A DNA stretch of 64,000 bases, taken from the NCBI GenBank assembly GCA_051313645.2, contig JBNRSN020000008.1, positions 244,590,001 through 244,654,000 of the forward strand. Direction: 5' to 3'. Positions 11,962 through 24,570 of this stretch are shown piece by piece (the first letter of the stretch is position 1; every line of letters begins with the position of its first letter). The position numbers were made by a program, and so were the translations under genes. Below the pieces are notes generated by a model. It saw nothing but the letters and a program-made list of their open reading frames with translations. It was not told the origin of the DNA and made no database searches. This DNA comes from Centroscyllium fabricii. Taxonomy: Eukaryota.

Positions 11962-12878
11962 GGGCCCTGTTTTCCTGTGCTCCAGAAGAGCTGCACACCC
12001 ACGAAGGGGGGTCAGAAATGCCTCGTGGGGGTGCAGCACGGGTGATTCCCAGAAACGTCAATTTCCTGTGCTGATGGGGAAGGAGCTTCAGCTTCCAACG
12101 CAGGAAGACTTTGAACTGCCGATTTCCTGTAGCAGCTGCTCAAAATGCGTGTGTATCACATGGGCAAGTCTCTCTTGAGCTGCACATTTAGAAAGCAGTC
12201 TTAGAGTTGCTGCAGGAAGCGTTGACAAGTGGAGAAACACGTTTAAAGGTAAGTTTTTTTTTGTTTCCTTTGCAGATATTTGTCTGCGGTCTTTCAGCTT
12301 TTAAATGGTAGGGTTTTTTTTTGATGATAGTGAAAAAAAAACGTTTTTAACGCGATTTCAGCAGCTCTGGTGGCCATCACAGCTGCTGAAATCGCGTTAA
12401 AAACCCGTTTTTTTTTCACTTCCAACAAAAAAAAAACCCTACCATTTAAAAGCTGAAAGACCACAGACAAATATCTGCAAAGGAATCAAAATTTTTTTAC
12501 CTTTAAACGTGTTTTTTTCACTTCCACAAAAAAAAAACCCTAACAGCAGAAAAGGCAGAAACTTTAAAAAAACAAGGTGCTTCCTAGAAAATTTTAAAAA
12601 ACAAGGTGCTTCCTAGAAACTTAAAAAAAACAAGGTGCTTCCTACCCGATATTCTTTGCACTGAGGCCGATTCTGTGCTTTGTGCGGGGGAAAAGCCGAC
12701 CTCAGTGGGCGTGGCCTGCTCACAACCCACGCACAAAGCACCTCGCACCAACAAAAGCCAGACCCCAACGCAGCAAAAAAAAACGGCATTTTCAACAGGA
12801 AATTGCCGTCAGAAAAAAAAAAATTACGTGCATGTGAGCGTGCACCCACAGCAATCGGGCCACAGGGATACAGGGCCC
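11962..12878. mobile_element. MITE, probably PIF/Harbinger-derived, with an internal long palindrome
   Basis: TIR gggccctgttttcctgtg / cacagggatacagggccc; 3-bp TSD atg; inverted repeat 12235-12514; 3 x ~30-bp tandem (aaaaacaaggtgcttccta) at ~12560-12645. Confidence 0.8.
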
Positions 12879-13681
12879 ATGATGTGGAGGTGCCAGTGTT
12901 GGACTGGGGCAGACAAAAGTAAGAAGTCACACAACACCAGGTTATAGTCCAACAGTTTTATTTGAAATCACAAGCTTTCGGAGCGCTGAAAAGACCACAC
13001 GATAACATCAAGTTCCATCCCACCATGAAACTCACCATGGACTACTCCTCAGAATTGGTTTAATTCTTGGACACACGAATCTTCATCAAAGACGGACACC
13101 TCAGCACTTCACTCAACCGCAAACCAACGGACAACCACACGATGCTCCACTTCTCCAGCTTCCACCCTAATCACGTTAAAGAAGCCATCCCCTATGGATC
13201 ACCCCTGTGAATACACAGGATCTGCTCAGACGAGGAGGAACGCGATGGACACCTACAGACACTGAAAGATGCCCTCGTAAAAACGGGATGTGACACTCGA
13301 CTCATCGATCGACAGTTCCGATGGGCCACAGCAAAAAATCGCATAGACCTCCTCAGAAGACAAACACGGGACACAACAAACAGAGTACCCTTCGTCATTC
13401 AGTATTACCCCGGAGCGGAGAAGCTACGCCATGTTCTTTGCAGCCTTCAACATGTCATCGATGATGACAAACACCTCGCTAAGGCCATCCCCACGCCTCC
13501 ACTACTCGCCTTCAAAAAGCCGCCTAACCTCAAACAGACCATCGTTCGTAGCAAATTACCCAGCTTTCAGGAGAACAGCAACCATGACACCACACAACCC
13601 TGCCACAGCAACCTCTGCAAGACATGCCATATCATCAACACAGATACCATCATCACACATGACGCCACCCACCAGGTACAT
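12879..13681 (+). mobile_element. Penelope-like element fragment with inverted terminal repeat (12879-12987) and RT C-terminal/linker region
   Basis: 12879-12987 is the reverse complement of the Penelope 3' terminal repeat. The body encodes KFHPTMKLTMDYSSE..LDTRI.IKDGHLSTSL.RKPTDNHTMLHFSSFHP and is homologous to 16600-17280. Confidence 0.9.
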
Positions 13682-14251
13682 GTCTGGCGTACACTTTGTT
13701 TACTGGCGTCTGGTATTGGGCCTTCAGGCTATCGATGGCCTCTGTGTAAGAGGCGGCATCCCGGATGAGCAAATAAGTCCAATGACTTATGCGAGTAATC
13801 AGTAGACTCGGTTTCTATGCCTCGCTAGCGGATGCGGCCCCCGTGAAGAGTTCGAAGCATCTGAGCCAGTGTCCAAATTGATTTGATGCTTCAGCAGAAT
13901 GTGGATCCAAGTCCAGACACTCTGGTTTTAGGAGTCGATCCATCCTAGTATTCAGAGCGATTAAAATTGATGAGCCTTCAATAACTACAAAACTAGAAGT
14001 TATTTTCTTATACAGATAGGCTTTTAATCACTATGAATTAGAGCTTACATCTCGACGGGCCGGCTGCCTCACAGGAATGAGTCCTACAGAGCCTAGGTTC
14101 TTTATGTAAGCGGTGCCAGGGGTGGAGCGAAAGCCAATTCCTGGAATCGCCCAGGTTTAGTCAGGAAATAGGAAGTGAAACTATACACAGTGGGGGAGGA
14201 CAATATACATGAGTGCAAAACGAATATATATAAACAACAGATTTCATTACA
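13682..14251 (-). mobile_element. Truncated Gypsy 5' end: LTR 13968-14251 plus gag N-terminus (ATG at 13943)
   Basis: Minus-strand LTR tgtaatg...catca. Gag MDRLLKPECLDLDPHSAEASNQFGHWLRCFE..YARH with a stop, homologous to the gag start of the element at 59377-64000. Confidence 0.85.
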
Positions 14252-15860
14252 CCAATGATCTTAAATCTGTCTCCTCTGGTTACTGACCCTCCTGCCAGTG
14301 GCAACAGTTTCTCCCTATTTACTCTACCAAAACCCATTATAATTTTGAACACAATGATGTTATTTCCCCTTAACCTTTTCTGCTCCAAGGAGAACAATCC
14401 CAGCTTCTCTAGTCTCGCCACATAACTGAAGTCCTTCATCCCTGGCATCACTCTAGGAAATTTCTTCTGCATCTTTTCCAAAGCAGTGACATAATTCCTG
14501 AAGATTGTTGCTCAGAAATGGACACAAAAGCCTGGATAATAACTGCAAGGCAGGAAGGGAGCGAAGGGGAGGACTGAGGCTGGGAAACTCAGAAGTACAG
14601 ATTTCCTGCAAGTCCGACCAATTTTAATGGCAGGACCGGTTTAAAATGTTTTCAATAGGTTTCCCAACAGCAGTCAGGCAGTTTGGAGTCTGGCTGGTTA
14701 CCAGGTGGGAAGGCAGCCGGGGATTGGAACAGAGGTAAGTCCGACATGGGGGAAGAGACAAGACATCGCAAGGGGTTGGGAGGGAGTCGGATAACACGGG
14801 GGACCAATCATGAAGGAAATCTTGGTGGGTGGGGACAAACACGCCTGTGCCCTCTGGTCCACAAGCAGTGGTGTAAAGGCACTTACCTGATGGATTCAAT
14901 CATTCACGCCTCCCTTCAGCTGCCAGGTTTCCCAAGGCCAAGGAACCTGGCCCGCAGACATTAAAACTAAAAGTTAAATTAAATTGGAGGCACACAGCCT
15001 CCTTAAAATATTTTAGTGATCAATCTGCATCCTGAGAATGGGTTGGTTGCCCGCCCCCCAACCCACCTCCATTAAAACTGGAAGTGTTGGGGTCGGGTTC
15101 CAGATGTTTTTATTTTTAACCCCCCAGTCCATCCTGGTGAGTTAAAATCAAGCCCAACACCCGAGGCCTAACCAGTGATTTAGAAAGGTTTGGCGTAACT
15201 TTTTTGTTTTTGTATTGCCTCTATATATAAAGCACAGGAGGCTTTTATTTTTTAAAAGCCTATTGACTTGTTCTGCCACCTTTAATGATTTGTGTATGTG
15301 AACCCCCAAGTCTCTCTGTTCCTGCAACCCCCTTTAAAATTGTCTCCTTTAAATTATATTGCCTCTCCTCATTCTTCCTTCCAAAATTCATCACCTCACA
15401 CTTTTCTGAATTAAATTTTATATGCCATGCGGCTGCCCACTTCACCAGTCTGTCTATGTCCTCCTGAAGTCTGTTACTATCTTCCTCATTGTTTACTACA
15501 TTTCTGACTTTTGTGTTATCTGCAAACGTTGAAATTGTGCCCCTGATACCCAAGTCCAGATCATTCATATATTTTTTAAAAAGAGCAGTGGTCCTGATGC
15601 TGACCCCTAGGAACACCATTGTATACTTCCTTCCAGTCTAAAAAACAACCGTTCACCACTTCTCTCTGCTCTCTCTCTCTCTCAGCCAACTTTGTATCCA
15701 TGCTGCCACTGCCCCTTTAAATCCCTGGGCCTTGATTCTACTAACTTCTATTATGAGGCACTTCATAGAACGTCTTCTGAAACTCAGCATCAACTGCACA
15801 ACCTTCATAAACCCTCTCCGTCATTTCATTGAACAACTCAAGCAAATTTGTCAGACAAAT
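14252..15860 (-). mobile_element. Degraded CR1 LINE (RT C-terminal part), interrupted by a probable old MITE at ~14529-15156
   Basis: ORF fragments STFADNTKV..LQEDIDRLVKWA..KFNSEKCEVM and SYVARLEKLGLFSLEQKRLRG; the insert has degenerate TIR-like ends. Confidence 0.88.
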
Positions 15861-16089
15861 AACGCCTTCAACAAATAATTATTCCCTAAACAGACAGCTC
15901 TAACTCTGAACATCCTCTATTGCCCAGTCAGTACACATTTGCCAATGAGTGAGTTTATGAAATAAAACACAGGGGTAGATTTTCAACTTGCTGCCTGGGC
16001 GTAAAACGGGCATTGCAGAGTGGCTGCCTGTTATGTAAACTACCCCATTTTCAGAAAATCTATTTAAAAAAAAGTCAGTCATGAACAGA

Positions 16090-17961
16090 ATATGGCAGCG
16101 GAACCCTATGTGAGAACCTCTCTGGATACATCGAGGGCATCCTGAAACCCATCGTACAGAGAACCCCCAGTTTTTGTCACAACACTACAGACTTCTTACA
16201 AAAACTCAGCACCCATTGACCAGCTGAACCAGGAACACTCCTCGCCACGACGGACATTTCGGAACTCTACACCAGTATCCCCCACGATGACGGCATCGCT
16301 GCGACAGCTTCAGTACTCAACACCAACAACAGCCAATCTCCAGACATCATCCTACAACTCATCCGCTTCATCCTTGACCACAATGTTTTCACCTTGGACA
16401 ACAATTTGTTTACACAAACACACGGAACAGCCATGGGGACCAAATTCACACCCCAATACGGCAACATCTTCATGCACAGGATCGAGCAATACTTCTTCGC
16501 TACACAGTACCTCCAACCAACGCCATACACCAGATACATCGATGACATTTTCCTCCTGTGGTCCCACGGTGAAGAATCACTGAAAAGACTACACAATAAC
16601 ATAAACAAGTTCCATTCCACCATCAAACTCACAATGGACTACTCCTCACAATCAGTTTCCTTCTTGGACACACGAATCTCCATCAAAAACGGACACCTCA
16701 GCACTTCCCTCTACCGCAAACCCACGGACAACCTCAGGATGCTCCACTAATCCAGCTTCCACCCAAACCACGTTAAAGAAGCCATCCCCTATGGACACGC
16801 CCTGCAAATACACAGGATCTGCTCTGATGAGGAGGAATGCGACGGACACCTACAGACACTGAGAGACGCCCTCGTAAGAACGGGATATGACACTCAACTC
16901 ATCGATCGATAGTTCCGACGGGCCACAACGAAAAATCGCATAGACCTCCTCTGAAGATGACCACGGGACACAACCAACAGAGTACTGTTTGTCGTCCAGT
17001 ACTTCTCCGGAGCAGAGAAACTACGCCATGTTCTTCGCAGCCTTCAACATATCATTGATAACGACGAACACCTCGCTAAGGCCATCCCCACACCTCCACT
17101 ACTCGCCTTCAAACAGCCACCTAAGCTCAAACAGACCATCGTTCGCAGCAAATTACCCAGCCTTCAGGAGAACAGCAACCATGACACCACACAACCCTGC
17201 CACAGCAACCTCTGCAAAACGTGCCAAATCATCAGCACAGATACCAGCATCACACGTGAGGACACCACACACCAGGTACATGGTGCATACTCATGTAACT
17301 CGACCAATGTTGTCTACCTCATACGTTGCAGGAAAGCATGCCCCAGGGCATGGTACATCGGCGAGACCATGCAGACACTTCGACAACGAATGAACGGACA
17401 CCGCACAATTGCCAGGCAGGCGTGTTCCCTCCCAGTCGGGGAACATTTCTGCAGTGAAGGACATTCAGCCTCCAATCTTCGGGAAGTATTCTCCAAGGTG
17501 GCCTTCGAGACACACGACAATGCAAAATCATCAAGCAGAGGCTGAGACCCAAATTCCGCACCCATGAGGACGCCCTCAACCGTGATATCGGCTTCAGGTC
17601 ACGCTACATGTGACCCAGCCTGATGTAGAGTCATCCAGACCAGAGACATCTTTGTCTTACCCCAGCATGTGCAGCATTTGGCCCCTTGTGACCCCACCTC
17701 ATTGTTCTTTGATGGAATGTTTTGCTGACTGACCTGTTTGGACACCATTCACACCTTTGATTGTGGTGATTATCACAACTCGGCAGAGAGACAAAGAGCA
17801 GTTAAGAGGAATTACCTGTAATCATCTAGCATTGTTTTCTGACTATATATGCTGTGCCTATGTGCATCTCTCCACTTCACCTGACGAAGGAGCAGCGCTC
17901 CGAAAGCTTGTGATTTAAAATAAACTGTTGGACTATAACCTGGTGTTGTGTGACTTCTTGC
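16090..17961 (+). mobile_element. Penelope-like retroelement, 5'-truncated and disabled (RT + GIY-YIG endonuclease + 3' terminal repeat)
   Basis: RT motifs LYTSIPH, QTHGTAMGTKFTPQYGNIFM, RYIDDIF; GIY-YIG motif NVVYLIRCRKAC..WYIGETMQTLRQRMNGHR; in-frame stops; terminal repeat ending gtgacttcttgc. Confidence 0.95.
17877..17913 (+). ncRNA. Minimal type I hammerhead ribozyme of the Penelope terminal repeat
   Basis: tcac-CTGACGA-a-ggagc(agc)gctcc-GAAA-gctt-gtga: conserved core boxes, stem II, stem I tcac/gtga, palindromic aagctt in place of stem III. Confidence 0.8.
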
Positions 17962-17982
17962 ACATGAACAGAATAAAGATGC

Positions 17983-17988
17983 TTTATT
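17983..17988 (-). promoter_or_regulatory. Candidate polyadenylation signal (AATAAA) for the CEACAM-like transcript
   Basis: tttatt on the plus strand, ~180 nt downstream of the TAA at 18167-18169. A hexamer alone is weak evidence. Confidence 0.35.
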
Positions 17989-18166
17989 TCTTCTTTTGTT
18001 ATCATTTCACATATGATTGTGAGGGACAAAATTAAACAAGTGTACAAGTCGGCAGAGATATACAATTCCTACTACTGCTACGACCACCACCACTACTACT
18101 ACAACAACAACCAGAAACAAAGTTCACAAGTTACAACAACACTTCTACCTTCTCTGGACATCATCA

Positions 18167-18438
18167 TTACGTAACTACCACAACCAGATCCCTTGATGTC
18201 GCACTGTATTTTTGTGTTGCTTTGTTAAAGGCCTCACAAGTGTAATTACCAGTGTTATTCAAGGAAATATCAGAAATGATTAGCTGCTGTCCATTTTGCT
18301 GAAGAGAAGAACCATTGAGATACCACTGAAATTCAGAAGGGGGATTTGAAACGGCAGAACAGGAAAAATTCACATTTGACCCCAAAATGTATAAAGTAAG
18401 TTCTGGGCTGATGGATATATCAAGAGATTCTGGTCCAT
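18167..18438 (-). CDS. CEACAM-like IgC2 (B-type) domain exon, open, reading through to a stop codon
   Basis: Acceptor ttttag|ATGGACCA (phase 1); GPESLDISISPELTLYILGSNVNFSCSAVSNPPSEFQWYLNG..LIISDISLNNTGNYTCEAFN with both cysteines. The expected donor after 18175 reads ttacgt rather than gtacgt. Confidence 0.85.
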
Positions 18439-18739
18439 CTAAAATAAATCCACAAGTTCGGTTGCAACATTTTATTTAGAAAATGCAGATTGTAGAACTA
18501 GCATGCAGCCCATCACCACAGGACTAAATGAAACCAGTCCACTACTAATTCTATCCATCACTCATGTAATTAACTATATTGAGATAAACTATGAAAACAA
18601 ACCTATGAGCTAAATAACACATGTAAAACAAAGCTTTGTTCCAAAATAAAGGCCACTTTTTAATTTTACTTTTTAAATGTTCATCAACATTGAATAAGAG
18701 CAAAACGGTTTATATCTTGGACATGGTCATCCTTTGCTG

Positions 18740-21293
18740 TCTTACTCAGATGGTTAATGATCACATGAGGGGGTGGGAGACCTCTCTGGATTAATGTTTT
18801 ATGTACTGCCCAGAGATGATTGACGAAGTTAAGGTTCGGAAACATCTTGGAAATAGTGACCATAACATAACTGCATTTAATGTCAGACGTATCTGGATAT
18901 GGAGAATAATACGATGATTCTTAATATTTTGAAGATGGACTTTGGGGTAATTTGGTTGGACTGGTACAGATTGTTAGAGAGACAAAGCTTGGGAGAGAAG
19001 TCGTAACTTTTTAATACGTAATGCATGAATTACGTTGCGAATTTATACCACAGAGTAAGAAACACAATTGAAATAAGTGGAAACAACTGGTCCAAGAAGA
19101 AACGTCAAAAAAGAGGCGGGGCTTCTCCCGATGTCCTGGCTAACATTTATCGCTCAACCAATACCACCAAAACAGTTTAATTGGCCATTTTTATCAGTGC
19201 TGTTTCGGATACCTAGCTGTGTGCAAATTGGCTGCCATGTTTCCGTACATTGTAACAGATCCTACATTTCAAACTACTTCATCGGCTGTGAAGCACATTC
19301 TGGGATCATTAAAGGCGTGAAATTAATGCAAGTTCTTTCGTCCTGTTCCTTCCTAAAATAGTTATCCTCAACTTCAGTGGTGGACACAAAATGTAAGGAT
19401 AGGATGAAGACTGTTCCAAATTAGACAAGGAGATTCGGATTGCAAGGATTGTAAAAACAGTATAAATGGCTTATATTAACACATCAAGTGAAACAGAGCA
19501 TCAATGGGATAGTAATACCTTTGAAAGATACCAGTTGGTTTGTGGTATTAGGCAACCAATAAATGGTGGATATCCTGAACAGTTCATATTGATGTTCATG
19601 TAAGAAATCTCTGCTTCTCTCCCGGAAGTGCTGATTGATTTTTCAGGAAATTAGGAGTAATTTCCAGGATAATAGTAAATCCTGATAAGGGCATGTTGAA
19701 GGCATCGAAAGATAATGTATTGGACTCAATGTCCTGCATAAAAAGAAACTGGGCAACAAAATTAATCATGTTCTATTGGGGATCTTTGGGAATTATTAGA
19801 GCTGGGAGTTTTACTGAAGGATTGGAGAGATGGAAACTTAACAGCAATCTTTAAAGAGCCAAACAGCAGTCCTGGAAATTACAAGCCAATGAGCCTATAG
19901 GTTAAATGTTAGAGGTTATCCTAACGAAAGTTATTGTGAAACAGCCAGAGAATATTGAAGTCATTAGGGAAGGTCAGTGTGACTCTGAGGAAGATCAAGC
20001 TTGAAAAACCGGTTAGAATTCTTCGAGACGATATATGAACTTGTGGGTGAAGGGAACTCAGTCAACATTATTTAGTAGACATCAGTAAGCCTTCTGAGAT
20101 GTACAATTAGCAGGTTGGTCCGTATGGTCGAAAGGCATTGATTATGTGGGTAACTATTGAAGAGGATTGGGCAACTGGTTGTGTCAAAAGAGACAGAAGG
20201 TGGTCATGCATGGAGCATGGTATGTGATCACTGCTCGGACTTTTGCTATTCACATGGTGTACCAATGACTTGGAAATAGGGGTCGAGATAAAATTGTCAA
20301 TTTTTAATCAACAGCAAATTGGAGGAAGCTGCACAGAATCAAGGGGTCGGGTTATCAGATGCTAAGGGTTTTAAACAGATTGGGAAGTTGGGCTGAAAAA
20401 TGCCCAATGTAATTGTTAACAGCAGTAAAATGATGAAAAAAGGGAAGAAGAAGAAACATTGTAATTATAAACTAAGTTGTGTCCATCTGCATGATACAGC
20501 ATCAGAAAATAATTTGGTGGCATCGGTGGACCGATCAATGTAACCATCTGCACCGTGTGTGGCAACAGTAAATGAGGCAAATGGGGAGTTGGGTTGAAAG
20601 GTGCACAGAAAATAATAAAAATCACAAGATGAGATATGAAGCCTATACATGACTTTGGTTCATCCCTATCACAATTACTGTGTGCAAATCTATGCACCAG
20701 ATTACAAGGAGGACATCATGGCACAAAGTCCTGCCTTCCTGATATCTGGCTTCAGACACTAATACTATAAGAAGGAAGTACAGAAACTGAGTTTGTCTAA
20801 ACTAGAAAACAGTAGATTGAGAGGGAATATTAATGAGGTATTCCAGATCCTATTATGGACAGGTTGAACCCCGAGGCCATCAAGGAAAACAAGGGGGCAA
20901 AGGTTGAAGTGCAGAAGAGGAAAGGTGAAAGCTCACATCCGATATAATAACTTCACACAGAGGGTGATGAATCTGTGTAATGGTCTGCCCAGGGAGGTGA
21001 TGGAGGCTGAGAACATCAGTAAATTTAAGAGTTGGACAGAAAATGCTGATAAAATCAAACAAGGATCGCTTAGATGGGTCGGAAAGGAATTTCCCAGATT
21101 TTTTTCTCCCAAATTGGCCACTGGGTTTTTTATCTGGTTTTTCGCCCCTCCCGGGTGATCACATGGGTTTGGGCGGGATGGAGAGTAAAAATAAAATTGA
21201 TGTTTGGATGATCAGCCATGATCTTGTTGAATAGCGGAGCAGGCTCGAGGGGCCGATTGGCCTACTCCTGCTCCTATTTCTTATGTTCGTATG
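18740..21293 (+). mobile_element. Old, highly degraded CR1 LINE with 3' tail
   Basis: Remnant motifs SDHN (~18855), PGNYKPMSL (~19870), LEFFE (~20015), NFTQRVMNL.NGLP.EVMEA (~20950); CR1-like 3' end ggcctactcctgctcctatttcttatgttcgtatg. Confidence 0.8.
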
Positions 21294-22322
21294 AGTATAG
21301 CTAGTGAACAGTCTATTATGCTTTTGAACTTTGGGGCTAGTCAGATGAACTAAAATGGGCTTTTCACCATCCTATAAATTCATCATTTGTAATTTTTTTT
21401 TTTTTTATTAACCTATCAATTGACATCAAATTCTTATTTACCCTTAAGAGACTGTGTCTGATTTAGATTTAGAATTTTCCACTTGTTTACAACATTGCTC
21501 AAATCGCAAAGTTTATGCACAAAATAAATGTATATGAAAATATTTTCTCCGTACACCAGTCCTAGCAAAAAACAGGTTTACAATTTTGATAGAGAATCTA
21601 CCCCCACCACACCCCATTGCTTCTCCCATACTTCTAAATCAGTTCCGTGTTCATTTTATAGAATGACACCGTGATGTTTTGCCATTTCAGACTTTACACT
21701 TTTTCTAATTACATTAAATATCAATTGTAAAATTATGGTGTGTATGATTTTAACAAGTGCAGCTTGTTCTGCTGCCATTGGTGGGGATAAAAATAGTTTG
21801 TTTTACAGTTTTTTGCAACATGGTCATTATCAGTGACTTTGCATTAAAATGACAACAATTAATGTAATAATTAATTGCTGCGAGGTGATGGTGATGAAAT
21901 CTAAAGCTTTCTTTCACACGTCCTACGTCAATTCTAACTTGATGCTATTAAGATGACTGATAGTTTCTCAGTAAAATCAAGGATCATGGCACTTGTAATG
22001 GGTAATATATAATCTTCATATTAAGTTGAATATGTATCTCATTACCTAATAAAAATTAGTATTTTGAATAGACACCATGATATCATATGCCCCATCAGTC
22101 AACTTTCTCATATTACCAAACCAACTGAAGATAAAAATGATTAGAATTCTATACATTTTAAACCCAAAATCTAACATAGCAGCAATACATAATTTGCAAA
22201 GTACATATTGGATATCTCAAATCGGATTTATTCGCTTTCAATCGTCCCCATGCTAAACTCAGTAGGTTTGGTAATAATTAACAAAGCAAATACAAGATTT
22301 ACATAATTTGCTGTGAAATTAC

Positions 22323-22596
22323 AGCTAGTATTTATATCATATGGGTCACTTCTTCTTCCATCAATAGAATGAAATGTATAGCACACAAATCCTCCATCAG
22401 ACCTCAATACTATGATATAGTGAGGGTTTTATTATCTCCACTGAGAGCAATCCTACCACCAGGGTTAAAAGTTGTATTTTCTTTGAGCCAGTTATAAGAA
22501 TCTGCTGGCCTGAAGCACGACTTGTCAGAGTCACTGTATCACTGTGTTCAACAGGACGTGTGTTATTGGATGAGATGGTAGGCTTAGAAATATATT
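22323..22596 (-). pseudogene. CEACAM-like IgC2 (A-type) exon, disabled
   Basis: Acceptor ttgacag|; EYISKPTISSNNTRPVEHSDTVTLTS (Ser where Cys is expected); two apparent 1-nt deletions separate YNWLKEN..RIALSGDNKTLTIS and VLRSDGGFVC..SDPYDIN; donor T|gtaatt; 274 nt, not a multiple of 3. Confidence 0.85.
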
Positions 22597-22635
22597 CTGT
22601 CAAAATACAGGAGATTATTGTTCATGTGCATAATA

Positions 22636-24570
22636 TAGAGTCATAGAGTCATACAGCACAGAAAGAGGCCCTTCGGCCCATCACATCCGAGCCGCCCATC
22701 CAAACCTATTCTATTCTAATCCCACTTTCCTGCATTTGGACCGTAGCCTTGTATGTTGTAACCTTTCAGGTGTACATCCAAATGCTTCTTGAACGTTGTG
22801 ACTGTTCCCGCCTCTACCACCCTTTCAGGCAGTGAGTTCCAGACTCCAACCACCCTCTTGGTGAAAAAGTTCTTCCTCACATCCCCCCAAAACCTCCTGC
22901 CTCTCACCCTGTATCTATGCCCCCTCGTTATTGACCCTTCCACCAATGGAAAAAGTTCCCCGCCATCTACCTTATCTATGTCCCTCATGATTTTGTACAC
23001 CTCAATCATGTCCCCTCTCAGCCTCTTCTGCTCCAAGGAAATCAACCCCAGCCTGTCCAGTCTCTCCTCATAGCTGAAGCTCTCCATCCCAGGCAGCATC
23101 CTGGTGAATCTCCTCTGCACCCTCTCCAAAGCTATCACATCCTTCCTATAGTGTGGCGACCAGAACTGCACACAGTACTCCAGCTGTGCCCTCACCAGTC
23201 TTTTGTACAGCTCCATCATCACCTCCCTACTTTTATATTCTATGCCCCTGCTAATGAAGGCAAGTATCCCATATGCCTTCTTGACCACCCTACCCACCTG
23301 CCCTGCTGCCTTCAAGGACTTGTGTACCTGTACACCAAGGTCCCTCTGATCCTCTGTCTTCCCGAGAGTGCTACCATTCATGGTGTATTCCCACTCCATG
23401 TTAGTCCTGCCAAAATGCATCACTTCCCACTTTTCAGGGTTAAATTCCATCTGCCACAGTTCCGCCCATCTGACCAGCTCATCTATATCCTCCTGCAGCC
23501 TGCAGATCTCTTCCTCACTATTTACCACCCCTCCTATCTTCGTGTCGTCTGCAAACTTGCTGATCATGCCTTTTACGTTGATGTCCAAATCACTAATATA
23601 GATTACAAACAGCAAGGGACCCAACACCGATCCCTGCGGTACCCCATTGGACACCGGCCTCCAGTCACAAAAGCAACCTTCGACCATCACCCTCTGCCTT
23701 CTGTCACCAAGCCAGATTGTGCCAAGGTGCCCTGGATCCCATGGGCTCTTATTTCTTGAGTAGTCTCCTATGCGGGACCTTATCAAAAGCCTTACTAAAA
23801 TCCATGTAGACCACATCCACTGCACTACACCAATCCACATTCTTGGTCACCCCTTCAAAAAATTCAATCAAATTAGTCAGACACGATCTTCCCTTGACAA
23901 AGCCATGTTGACTATCCTTAATGAATCCCTGACTCTCCAAGTGAAGACTGATTTTGTCCCTCAAAACTTTTTCTAGTAGCTTCCCCACCACCGATGTCAG
24001 GCTCACCGGCCTGTAGTTCCCTGTTTTTTCCATACTGCCTTTCTTAAATAATGGTACCACATTGGCTAGCCTCCAGTCCTCTGGCACATTCCCTGTTGCA
24101 AGAGAGGTTCTGAAAATTTGTGCCAGAACCCCCGCAATCTCTTCCCTTGCCTCCCTCAGCATCCTGAGATACATCTCGACAGGACCTGGGGACTTATCTA
24201 ATTTTAAGTCCGCTAGAACCGCTGGTACCTCCTCCCTGTCAATACTAACACGATCAAGTATATCACCTCTCTCCTGTCCTATTTCAATGTCTGCATCGCC
24301 CCTCTCCATCGTAAAAATAGATGCGAAAAATTCATTCAAAACCCCACCTACATCTTCTGGCTCCACACACAGCTTCCCGCTTTGGTCCCTGATGGGCCCC
24401 ACTCTTTCCCTCGTTATCCTTTTACCCTTAATATACTTATAGAACACCGTGGGATTATCTTTTATTTTGCCTGCTAGTGTTATCTCATGGCCCGTCTTTG
24501 CTCTCCTAATTTCTTTTTTAAGAACCCCCCCCTACACCTTCTGTATTCCTCTAAACTCGCCTGTTTCTAT
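22636..24570 (-). mobile_element. CR1 LINE, 5'-truncated, relatively young (ORF2 RT pieces 23749-24447 and 22716-23840)
   Basis: Motifs KSPGP, NYRPVSLTS, QHGF, YMDFSKAFDKVPH, GVPQGSVLGPLLF, FADDTK; one frameshift/deletion near 23720-23760; (tatgactc)n tail at ~22636-22655. Confidence 0.96.
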
